A DNA stretch of 64,000 nucleotides from Malacoraja senta. Lineage: Eukaryota. Shown here piece after piece: positions 11,969 through 23,165 of the stretch. Where the stretch lies: assembly GCA_038087875.1 (NCBI GenBank), contig CM075990.1:2916001-2980000 (forward strand). Reading direction: 5' to 3'. The position numbers and the translations under genes were made by a program. Position 1 is the stretch's first letter, and each line of letters opens with the position of its first letter. The notes beneath the pieces were generated by a model, which was not told where the DNA came from, ran no database searches, and saw only the letters and a list, made by a program, of their open reading frames with translations.

Positions 11969-13090
11969 AAGTTAGTTTAGTTTAGAGATGCAGCACGGAA
12001 ACAGGTCCTTCGGCCCAGCGAGCCCACACCGATCTTCGTTCACCCGTTCACAGTTTTGTTATACTGTTTACTCATCCACTCCCTACACACTAGGGACAAT
12101 TTACCGAGGTACAATGAATTCATCTACAAACCTGCACGTCTTTGGGATGTGGGGGGAAACCAGAGCGCCTGGAGGAAGTGGCGGTGCTGCCTTGTAGCTG
12201 CGGTTCGCCTGCAGTCCGTTTGTCTTTTTTTGTTGTTGTTTTCTTTGTCCCGTTGTTACAGTTTATTTCGGTTTATTTTAGTTGTGTATTTGTGTGGGGG
12301 TGGGAGAAACATGTTTTTTGACTCTTCCTTTGGGTGGGATGCGACCTTTCTTGCCGTATCCCCGGTCTCCGTCTGCGCTGAGGCCTATCGCGGAGCTGGC
12401 GGCCTCCAACTGGGACCGATCTCGGGGCTCCGGAGGCAGAGCCAGGACTTACCAACGCGGGGTTGGTCGACTTCGGGGCTGTGGTGGTGTTGCGACCCGA
12501 CTTCCGACCCGACTTCGGAGCCTCGGAGGCTCGGCCGCGGGCCCAGTGGACGACATCGTCGGGAGCTCGCAGGTCACAGGTTGGTGACCTGTTTTCCGGA
12601 GCTCCCGCAACAACAGCTTCGTCCGCTGGACTGGAGGGTGGCAGCTTCGGCAGCTTCGACCGCCCCTGGGCCGCGGAGTTTGAACCGGGCCGTTCGCGGA
12701 GCTCGGATTCAGCCGCGGGACTTGCTTACCATCACCCGGCGGGGTCACAACATCGGAGGCCTGGATCACCTCAGCCCAGAGGGAGAGCAAGGAGGGAAGA
12801 GACAAGGACTTTGGGACTTTTTGCCTTCCATCACAGTGAGGAGGTGCCTGGTGGACTCACTGTGGTGGATGTTAAACTGTGTTGAGTGTGTGTTTTGTTA
12901 TTTATTCTATGTTATGACTGCAGGCTAAACCATTTCGTTGCACTGAAAAGTGCAATGACAATAAAATTGAATCAGAATCAGAATCAGAAACCCATGCAGT
13001 CACAGGGAGAACGTGCACACTCCACACAGACAGCATGCGAGGTCAGGATCGAACCTGGGTACCTGGCGTTGTGAGGCAGCAACTCTACAT
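11969..13090 (-). mobile_element. HE1/V-SINE split by a GC-rich retroposon
   Basis: SINE sequence ...gcgcctggaggaa| resumes |acccatgcagtcacagggagaacg at 12990. Confidence 0.85.
12178..12989 (+). mobile_element. GC-rich non-autonomous retroposon with Rex1-like terminal hairpin and (GAATCA)n tail, probably near full length
   Basis: Clean interruption of a SINE; ends catttcgttgcactgaaaagtgcaatgacaataaa plus gaatca repeats; related to 23166-23809, 27422-27896, 61715-61965. Confidence 0.75.
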
Positions 13091-13093
13091 GTG

Positions 13094-13392
13094 GGGTGGC
13101 ATGATGGCGCAGCGGTAGAGTTGCTGCCTTATAGCACCAGAGACCCGGGTTGGATCCTGACTATGGGTGCTGTCGGTACAGAGTTTTTTTCATTCACCCT
13201 GTGACCGTGTGGGTTTTCTCTGGGTGCTCCGGTTTCCTCCCACATTCCAAAGATGCAACAAGTTTGTAGGTTAATTGGCTTTGGCTAAAATTGTAAGTTG
13301 TCCATAGTGTGTAGGATAGTGCTAGTGTACGGGGTGATTGCAGGTCGGCGTGGACTCAGTGGGTTGAATGGTCTGTTTCTGCGCTGTATCTC
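13094..13392 (+). mobile_element. HE1/V-SINE
   Basis: tggcgcagcggtagag head, V-domain, ctgtttctgcgctgtatctct tail. Confidence 0.9.
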
Positions 13393-13579
13393 TGTATCTG
13401 TACCTGTGTCTCACTGTGCTGCCCTTAAAAACAGTTGAGAATAGATTAACAGTAGATACAAAAGTGGTGTTCAAAATTATAAAGGGATTTTACATAATAC
13501 TTGGAATAACTATTGCCGCTATTTGAAAGTGTTCATCTGTGGGATTTAGAGGAATTAGCTGAAATTTGTGAACCTCACA

Positions 13580-14185
13580 AAGGCCTACGTGGCCTTCATC
13601 AAAGTATTGAGTGTAGACATTGGATGTCAGGTTACAGTTATACAAGACGTTGGTGAGGCCACATTTAGAGTATTGTGTACAGTTTTGGACACCATGTTAT
13701 AGGAAATATGTTGTTAAGCTTGAGAGGGTTTACCAAAATGTTGGCAGGACTCGAGGAACTGAGCTATAGGGAAAAGTAGGGCAGGCTAGGGCTTTGTTCC
13801 TTGGCGTGCAGGAGGATGAGAGGTGATCTGATGGAGGTGTACAAAATCATGAGAGGAATAGATTGGGTTGACGCACAGAGTCTTTTGTCCAGAGTCGGGG
13901 AATCGAGGACAAGAGAACATCGGTTTAAGCTGAGGGGGGAAAGATTTAATGAAAACCTGAGGGGTAACCTTTTTAACACAAAGGCTGGTGGTTGTATGGA
14001 AAAAGCTGCCGGAGGAGTTAGTTGAGGCAGGTATTATCGCAAACTTTCAGAAAGATTTGGACAGGTATCTGGATAGGATATATTTTGAGAGATATGGGCC
14101 AAAAGCAGGCAGGTGGGACTAATGTTGATGGGGCATGTTGGTCGACATGGGCAGAAGGGCCTGTTTCCACACTGTATGACTCTCT
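13580..14185 (+). mobile_element. HER1-type CR1 LINE 3' fragment
   Basis: [13 protein letters not shown] and RRMRGDLMEVYKIMRG coding remnants; tail gaagggcctgtttccacactgtatgactct. Confidence 0.9.
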
Positions 14186-14282
14186 GACTCAGTATTCTAT
14201 CAAACTTAGTCGCACTTAGTTTACACAGCCACTAGATCCTGCTGCACTAGTTAATCAGAGTTGGCCATGTTATCTCCACCTG

Positions 14283-14517
14283 CAGATAGACCCACAGTGC
14301 TGGAGTAACTCAATGGGTCAGACAGCATCTCTGGAGAAAAGGAATAGATGATGTTTCGGGGCGAGACCCTTCTTCAGTCTGAGAGTCAGGGGAAAGGTAA
14401 ATGAGAGATATAGAGGGTGCTATGGAGAGATATAGAACAGATGAATTTAAGTTATACAAAAAAGTAATGATGATAAAGGAAACAGGCCATTGTTAGCTGT
14501 GGGCTCAGTGAGAATGA
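14283..14517 (-). mobile_element. PLE 3' end with 14-bp TSD
   Basis: TSD gttatctcc(a/t)cctg at 14269-14282 and 14518-14531. Confidence 0.8.
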
Positions 14518-14567
14518 GTTATCTCCTCCTGTTAGTTGTTGCATCCACAGAACAAAAGATCTCAGCT

Positions 14568-14673
14568 TCAGTCTGAAGAAGGGTCTCGACCCAAAACGTC
14601 ACACACTCCATAGATGCTGCCTGTCCTGCTGAGTTACTCCAGCATTTCGTGTCTATCTGCAGTTCCTTCCCAC
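14568..14673 (+). mobile_element. Solo PLE pseudo-LTR with 16-bp TSD
   Basis: TSD acaaaagatctcagct at 14552-14567 and 14674-14689; insert starts tcagtctgaagaagggtctcgaccc. Confidence 0.9.
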
Positions 14674-15134
14674 ACAAAAGATCTCAGCTCCAGTATCTTA
14701 GCATCTGTAGGGGAGAGAATTATAGATTTCTAACATTGGTTAAAAAATAGTTGTTCCTAGTTTTCATGCAGATCACCCTTGGGATATTGTGAGACAGTGA
14801 ACCATATTCTTGACTCTCTCGTCTGCAAAATGTTTTTGTTTTATTGACCAAATTAAATTTGACCCATCCTGGCATGATGAATGGATGGGCAAGGTCCGCT
14901 TCATTAGGAAGGGAGATTTCAGTGGCACGGAATAAAATTAAACCTAGTATAACCCGACACCTCTGGTTCCATAGCTCATTTGCTGGGGAACGGGGGAGTT
15001 CAACCCAGACAGTCAAACCATGAATGAAATATCTACCATAGGGACCTGTAGCAACACTCAATTGAACCGTGCAGGTCAACTGCTTCAGGATATCAACTGC
15101 AGTGAACTGGCAAATAATAATAGAAGGACATTCT

Positions 15135-15793
15135 TTCATAACAAGAGGATTTCAGTATAGGAGTAAAGAGGTTCTTCTGCAGTTGTATAGGACTCTGGTG
15201 AGACCACATCTGGAGTATTGTGTACAGTTTTGGTCTCCTAATTTGAGGAAGGACATCCTTGTGATTGAGGCAGTGCAGCGTAGGTTCACGAGATTGATCC
15301 CTGGGATGGCGGGACTGTCATATGAGGAAAGATTGAAAAGACTAGGCTTGTATTCACTGGAGTTTAGAAGGATGAGGGGGGATCTTATAGAAACATATAA
15401 AATTATAAAAGGACTGGACAAGCTAGAGGCATGAAAAATGTTCCCAATGTTGGGCGAGTCCAGAACCAGGGGCCACAGTCTTAGAATAAAGGGGAGACCA
15501 TTTAAGACTGAGGTGAGAAAAAACTTTTTCACCCAGAGAGTTGTGAATTTATGGAATTCCCTGCCACAGAGGGCAGTGGAGGTCAAGTCACTGGATGGAT
15601 TTAAGAGAGAGTTAGATAGGGCTCTAGGGGCTAGTGGAGTCAAGGGATATGGGGAGAAGGCAGGCACGGGTTATTGATTGGAGAAGATCAGCCATGATCA
15701 CAATGAATGGTCACATTGACAGATGCTAGGTGCTGGCTCGAAGGGCCGAATGGCCTCCTCCTGCACCTATTTTCTATGTTTCTATGTTTCTAT
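15135..15793 (+). mobile_element. CR1 LINE 3' fragment, young
   Basis: [34 protein letters not shown]... broken by an in-frame stop at 15432-15434; (tttctatg)n tail. Confidence 0.95.
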
Positions 15794-15944
15794 GACACAA
15801 AAGGAATAACATCCAGCAATACGCCCATAAACTGTTTTGTGCATAAGGTAGAGAAGGGGTGGGGTAGAGAGAAGCAAATGTAGGCAGTTGTGGGCCTGGG
15901 AAGAGTGGATGCGGAACGGATGTTACCAGTAATGGGAGAGTTCA

Positions 15945-16460
15945 TGTTCATAAATTCTAGGAGCAGAATTAAGCCATTCGGCCCATCTAGTATATTCCGC
16001 CATTCAATCATGGCTGATCTATCTTTCCCTCTCAACCCCATTCTCCTGCCTTCTTCCCATAACCCTTGACACCATTACTGATCAAGAAACTTTCAATCTC
16101 CACCTTGAAAATATCCACTGACTTGGCCTCCACAGCCACTTGTGGCAATGAGTTCCACAGATTCACCACCCTGACTAAAGAATTGCCTCCTCATCTCCTT
16201 TCTAAAGGTACGTCCTTTTATTCTGAGGCTGTGCCCTCTGGTCCTAGACTCTCCCACCAGTGGAAACATCCTCTCCACATTCACTCTTTCCAGGCCTTTT
16301 ACTAATCGATGTTTCAATGAGGCCCCCCCCCCACCCATCCTTGCAAACTCCAGCAGGTAAAGGCCAAGTGCCGTCAAACGCTCATCATATGTTAACCCAA
16401 TCATTCCTGGGATCATTCTCGAAAATCTCCTATGGACCCTCTCCAGTACCAAAACTGCTC
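15945..16460 (-). mobile_element. CR1 LINE 3' fragment
   Basis: Minus ORF LERVHRRFSRMIPGMIGLTYDERL; lies tail to tail with the previous copy. Confidence 0.85.
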
Positions 16461-16519
16461 ACCCAGACTGCAGAGTCTGGAATCAAAGGTGACAACCTCA
16501 CAATATATATGGCCATACC

Positions 16520-16790
16520 TTTTGGAATGGAGATAGGAGGACTTTCTTCAGCCAGAGTGTGGTGAATTTGTGGAATTCATTGCCACATTTGGCTGTGGAG
16601 GCCAAGTCATTGTGCATTTTTAAGGTGGAGATTGACAGATGCTTGATTAGTACGGGTGTCAGGGGTCATGGGGAGAAGGAGGGAGAATGGGGTTGAGAGG
16701 GAAAAAATAGATCCGCCATGATTGAATGGTGGAGTAGACTTGATGGGCCGAATGGATCTAATTCTGCTCCAGTGTCTTATGGCCTTATGG
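16520..16790 (+). mobile_element. CR1 LINE 3' end
   Basis: gtggtgaatttgtggaattcattgccac...gggccgaatgg tail. Confidence 0.8.
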
Positions 16791-18461
16791 CAGAGTCCCC
16801 AAATCTGAATGGTGAAGGTAAAGGTTATTTGCTCTTCGTTGTTACTTTGGCAAAATGTCAAAGTCTGCTGTTAAAACTGATTCAGTCTGAAGAAGGGTCT
16901 CAACCCCAAACGGCACCTATTATCCTTCTCTCCGGAGATTCTGCCTGTCCCGTTGAGTTACTCCAGCTTTTGGCCTCTATCTTCGGTTTGGTCTCAATCA
17001 TCTGCAGTTCCTTCCCACACAAAGCTGATCCCATGATTGGTGGCATTGTTTCTTTGGAGAGGTTGGTCTTACCATGGATAGGTTTGGAGGTTGGAGGCTG
17101 GAGTTGAATCGGGAGGAAGGGCGGGGTAAGGTGGGCAAAGGCGAGGGATTGAGGTCCATTATGGATAGGGCTGAAGTTGTTGGTTTGATGGAGTTGAGGC
17201 AAGGATTGGCACCTCAGTCAAGTTTCTGGATGAACAATAGGTCAGGACTTGAAGGATTTGGGAAAGGAAGAGGCATGGGACAGGAAATGGAACCCAAGTC
17301 AGAGTTCAGGCCCCAGATTTGAGATTGTCTTTGGGTACTGATCAGTTTTGAGATTGGGAGCATGAGTTAGGAGTTAGGAGCTGGGTTGGACATTGGTGTG
17401 AGTCAGGGAATGAGGTCAGGGTCGGAGAATGGGTGACGCATGGATCAAAGGTATAAGCTTAAGTTAGGATTCGGCATAAAAATTGAGATTGAGGTCTTAC
17501 ATGGTAGGGATGGGATTAGGGGTTGTAGATAGGATCTTGATTAGTACGGGTGTCAGGGGTGATGGGGAGAAAGCAAGGGAATGGGGTTGAGAGGGAAAGA
17601 TAGATCAGCTGTGATTGAATGGCAGAATAGACTTGATGGGCCGAATGGCCTAAATCTGCTCCTAAATCTAAGTCAGAAATTGAGTCTGGGATCAGGGTTT
17701 GCAGGCATTGAGTTGGGTCTTGCCAGGGCAGTGACTCCGTAATAATTGGGAAAGAATGACACTTTAGGCTAACTAGTCAGAGGTAGTTAATCTGTGGAAC
17801 TCATTGCCACAGAGAGCTTTGGAGGCCAAGTCAGTGGATAGTTTTGAGGCAAAGATAGACAAATTCTTGATTAGAACGGGTGTCAAGGGTTATGGGGAAA
17901 AGATAGCAAAATGGGATTAGGAGGCAGAGATCAGCCATGATTGAATGGCAGAGTAGACCCGATGGGCCGAATGGCCTAATTCTACTGCTATAACTTGTGA
18001 ATGTGAATTTGTGATATAAATTGATATGGATTGTAAGGAAAAAGTGTACTTTTATTGATGCAAGACACATCTCTTGTTTCAGGTGATCCCGAGGTGCTGG
18101 TTTATAATTGTTTCGAGATGGAGTGAAAAGATTTGTTTGCATGCTCTCCAGTCAAATGATACTCTACAGGAGTACAATCAAGCCTATACACAAGTACAAC
18201 AGGTGATGCAAAGAGAAAAACACCAGAGTGAAGAATAGCGTAACAACGTTATAACATTAGACTCATAGAGAATGTGCACAGGCTGCAATGAGGCAGGTTG
18301 GGAGATCATGCACACGCATCAAGGGTCATGAGTGCTTTATATTGCCTTATGTTCCGAAACGGAACAATGAAATTCTTACTTATAGCAGCACAACAGATAT
18401 GTAAACATAGTACTCTGTAAAATATGTAAGAAGCAAAGAAAGTTCAGTGTATGTTTATATG

Positions 18462-18539
<78 letters not shown>

Positions 18540-18566
18540 GGCAGGCAGACAGACAGACAGACAGAC

Positions 18567-18605
<39 letters not shown>

Positions 18606-18674
18606 CAGATAGACAGATAGACAGATATAAAGATAGATAAATAGATAGATGGACGGACAGATAGACAGATAGAC

Positions 18675-18758
<84 letters not shown>

Positions 18759-18780
18759 GGATAGATGGATAGATAGATAG
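18462..18780. repeat. Compound (AGAC)n/(AGAT)n microsatellite
   Basis: Direct reading; lies inside a minus-strand Rex1-like UTR. Confidence 0.98.
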
Positions 18781-20530
18781 TAGTGCAAAATCATAAATAA
18801 TGCCTCCGTCTATATATTTTGGAGCCTATTTGGAGGTTGTGATCCCTATTCTTTGAGAGGACCATTCGGAAGTCTGCTGATGGGGACAAAACTATTTCTA
18901 TGAGTGTTGCCCATGTCAGTTTTGGCTGCCTTTTGGAAAAACTACTTTTGGGCACAAGGGGATGGAAAATGTAGAATGGATCATTATTAGCTGAGAGGAA
19001 GGAGACAATGAAGCTTAAGTTTCAGCCTGAAACGTTGCCTATTTCCTTCGCTCCACAGATGCTGCCGCACCCGCTGAGTTTCTCCAGCACTTTTGTCTAC
19101 CTATGAAGCTTACAATCAGTAACATGTAATTATGAGGGCAGTGAAGGGTTGGAGGAGGGGTTGAGAAAGAGGAAAAGCAAGAGTTACTTGAGGTTAGGGA
19201 AGCCAATATTCAGATAGAATGATCCATTTGCACATTTTCCTTGATTTTCGTCCCCATCTCGTTTTCGTTTCGTTTTCACACCATACCCTTCCATATCTCT
19301 GTGTCTCCCTCTCCCCCGACCCTCAGTCTGAAGAAGGGTCTCGACACGAAACGTCACCCATTCCGTCTCTCCAGTCCAGAGATGCTGCCTGTCCTACCGA
19401 GTTACTCCAGCATTTTGTATCTATCTCGTTGTAAACCCGCATCTGCAGTTCCTTCCTACACATAGAACATATATGGTGTGCTATTGGCTATAACGCATTA
19501 GATAAATGATACTTTCCCAATGTTTGGTATTCAATTCCCACAGTAATCTATAAAATATTCTCTATAATACTTCTTCTCTTTGTGAATCGTTGTGTAAAAG
19601 ATCTTGTATTTATGTTGTATTATGTTGAATACTTGGCATTTGCTTTAACCATAGTGTTAGATATTCCCCATAATATATACAGGAAATTTGTTGCGACATA
19701 TACAGGGCTTACTGGTCCTTATAATACATTCAGGATATGCTAATTGCTATAATATTCAGAACATGCCTTTCCCTTGCAAATGTGTTTCTTTGCAGGCAAG
19801 GTTATTATTATTTCATGATGCAGCTTATTTTCCAACTTCAGGCATCTGAAGATCATGTCATTTTATTGCTGTATTCCTGATTTTTATTTCACTGCTGTTT
19901 TAGCTAGTCAATGCATGTTTACCTCTGAGCATCAGTAGCTCCGACTCTTTCAAGCTTTCAGACTTTTTTTCCCCCCCTTTAATATGTAAATATATTGTGG
20001 CATAAAGTGGTGCTCACCCATAAGGCTGATTCAAGCCACTGAGATAAGTTTGATTAAATTCCCCAGCTCCGGTCTCACCTACCAGATGTCATTTGCGCTC
20101 ATCGGCGTGTTAAGACCTTGTAAGGCATTTTTGTTTTTTAATAGTTTTTTTTTATTTTTTTTAAACGTCACTATTTCCAGGGTTAGTGGACTCATGCCGA
20201 GACCATTGAGCGGTGTCGGAAGGGCTGGGGTATAACATCACCACTTTGCTCCGCTGTGCCATTGTAACACAATAGCCATGATAATGTTAAGTTGTCTCAA
20301 GAAACATTTATGTATGGTGTTAACCTTTGCTGACAGCATGGTAGCTGGGGACAGATGTTTGAGCTTATGGAAGAAGCTTGACATGAAGTCCACTTCATCT
20401 CCCAGTGGTGCCATTATCGAAACACCAACCTGCCCCAGGACATACTATTGTGTAAACAAACCCCAGCACTTTGAAAGCATTGCTGGGCTCACAGGCTGCT
20501 GGCTCCAAGACCTGCAATCTCCTAGTTTAG

Positions 20531-20655
20531 ACACAAAATGCTGGAGCAACTCAGTGGGACAGGCAGCGTCTCCGGATAGAAGGAATGGGTGACGTTTCGG
20601 GTCGAGACCCTTCTTTATTTTCGGTGTGAACCAGCATCTGCAGTTCTTTCCTCCA
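20531..20655. mobile_element. Inverted PLE pseudo-LTR unit with 16-bp TSD
   Basis: TSD caatctcctagtttag at 20515-20530 and 20656-20671. Confidence 0.9.
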
Positions 20656-20890
20656 CAATCTCCTAGTTTAGTTCAGTTTAGCTTAGAGATACAGTGTGGA
20701 AAAAGGCCCTTTGGCCCACCGAGTCTGCGCTGACCAGCGATCCCCGCACACTAACACTTTCCTACACACGCTAGGGACAATTTACAATTATCCCAAGCCA
20801 ATTAACCTATAAACTGATAAACTTGTACGTCTTTGGAACCTGTACGTCTTTCTCCCTACTAAATTTGAGAAATGTTTTTCACCTATTAAT

Positions 20891-21212
20891 GGGTGGCATG
20901 GTGGTGCAGTGGTAGAGTTGCTGCCTCACAGCGCCTACAGCGACAGAGACCCGGGTTTGATCCTGACTGCGGGTGCTGTCTGTACGGAGTTTGTACGTCC
21001 TCCCTGTGACCGCGTCAGTTTTCACTGAAATCTTCGGTTTCCTCCCACATTCCAAAGACGTACAGCTTTGCAGGTTATTTGGCTTGGTATAAATGTAAAT
21101 TGTGAATGGAAATTGTCCCTAGTATGTGTAGGGTAGTGTTAATGTGCGGGGGTCGGTGTGGGCTCCAAAGGCCTGTTTCCGCGCTGTATCTCTAAACTAA
21201 ACTAAACTAAAC
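20891..21212 (+). mobile_element. HE1/V-SINE, full length
   Basis: Head, V-domain and (ctaaa)n tail. Confidence 0.9.
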
Positions 21213-21615
21213 TTACTTAACATTGACTTGTCTCACTTGTTGCATGAAATCAAATTCAGTTCGGCTTTGCGGCTAAGTAATTTAAGCAGGTCTTCCTGAT
21301 AATTAAATGAAAATTCCTCTCCCTTTTTAGTTCCATCAATCTACTGTCGGAAGCAAGGGAACAGACATGACATTTCCTATTGAGTCACTTAATTGATTTG
21401 AAAACAGCACTTTGTGCCTTTTGTGCTGAGTTTAATATTCTTCAAGAGTCTTCTCCTTATCCCGCAGTGATACAGAGCAGAAGGATAAAGGTGAAAGTAA
21501 TGTCAAACTCGCTTGCCGTCTTGTTGGGACGGAGCCTTTGTGTGAACTGATGTTAGGCTGAGTTCAACCTACACTGGCAACCAGTATTAAAGATAGGCAC
21601 AAAAAGCTGGAGTAA

Positions 21616-21931
21616 TGGGGCTGTCCCACTGTACAGCTAATTCAAGAGTTCTCCCGAGTTTCCCCTGATTCGAACTCGGAGAATTACGGCAATAGCCGCT
21701 CGTAGGTACTCGGGGCTCTCGTGGACATTTTTCAACATGTTGAAAAATCTTCACGATTCTTCACGAGCTTACCACGTTTTCCAAGTACCTGCCGTTAGCG
21801 TTACGAGCAGCTACGAGACGTCCCGAGCTCCGACGTACCCGCTACGTACATTCTACGTGCTTACCACGAGTTTGATTTTTTTTAAAACTCGGGAGAGCTC
21901 TTGAATTACCTCGTACAGTGGGACAGGCCCT
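21616..21931. mobile_element. PIF/Harbinger-type MITE family A
   Basis: TIRs tggggctgtcccactgtac / gtacagtgggacaggccct; TAA TSD (21613-21615, 21932-21934) splitting the pseudo-LTR motif ggagTAActcagc. Confidence 0.9.
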
Positions 21932-22222
21932 TAACTCAGCGGGTCAGACAACATCTCTGGTGAAAAGGAATCGGTGACGTTTCGGGATGGGACCCTTCCT
22001 ACAGACCGTGTCTGAAGAAGGGTCTCTACCCGAAACGTCACCCATTCCTTCTCTCCAGAAATGCTGCCTGTCCCGCTGAGTTACTCCAGCTTTTTGTGTC
22101 TATCTTTGGTTTCAACCAGCATCTGCAGTTCCTTCCTACACAGGATTCAAAACAACTGTATGGTGGTAAAGTGTGAGGGACAAAACATGTCAAAGGATGT
22201 GGCAGGACACCTCCAAATGTAA

Positions 22223-22442
22223 GGAGGGAACTGCAGATGTGGTTTACCCCGAAGATAGAAACAAAATGCTGGAGTCACTCAGCGGGTCAGGCAACATCAC
22301 TGGAGAAAAGTAGTAGGTGATGTTTGGGTCGGGACTTTCCTACAGACTCAGTCTGAAGAAGTGTCTCGACCCAAAACGTCACCCATTCCTTTTCTCCAGA
22401 GATGCTGCCTGACCCGCTGAATTAATCCAGCATTTTGTGACT
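22223..22442. mobile_element. Palindromic PLE pseudo-LTR unit with 14-bp TSD
   Basis: TSD acctccaaatgtaa at 22209-22222 and 22443-22456; arms meet at cagac-tca-gtctg. Confidence 0.9.
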
Positions 22443-22627
22443 ACCTCCAAATGTAATCTGTTAGTCAAATGTAATCAAGAGTGCCAGTTGCATGGAAATG
22501 TACGGGAAATGCTAATTTCAAGGAATATTTTCTGAAAAGTGGAGGAATGGCAGAAAGTGAAGTTTAGAATGAATGGGGCTCATAATTGGGGCAGCACTGA
22601 ATTAGATTAGTGGCATGGTGATGTTTT

Positions 22628-22936
22628 GGGTGGCACGGTGCCGCAGCGGTAGATGTGCTGCCTTACAGCGCCAGAGACCCAGGTTCGATCCTGACTGCGG
22701 GTGCTGTCTGTACGGAGTTACTATGTTTTCCTTGTGACCGTGTGGGTTTTCACTGGGCGCTCCGGTTTACTCCCAAAGTGCAAAGATGTACAGGTTTGTA
22801 GGTTAATTGACTTCAGTAGAAAATTGTAAATTGTCCCCTGTTGGATCGTGCTAGTGTAAGGGTTTATCGCTGGTCGGCATGGACTCAGTGGGTCGAAGGG
22901 CCTGTTTCCGCACTGTATCTCTAAACTAAACTAAAC
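22628..22936 (+). mobile_element. HE1/V-SINE
   Basis: Head, V-domain, tail. Confidence 0.9.
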
Positions 22937-23165
22937 TTCAGACTTATTCTGAAGAAGGATTCTGACATGATACGTCACCTGTCTATGTTCTCCAGAAATG
23001 CTGCCTGATCCGCTGAGTTAACCCAGCATGGTGTATCTGTTCTTGGTATGTTGAACAATACTAAATTGTAAGTAAACCACTAAATGCAATGTGCCATACA
23101 ATGGCATAAACTCACTTTGAATATAGTGACCATTTTCAACAATGGGCACAGGGGAGATTTAGCAT

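Noticed and set aside
12056..12928. 290-aa ORF
   Set aside because: Runs from a SINE into a GC-rich retroposon; stop scarcity is explained by base composition and no domain is recognisable.
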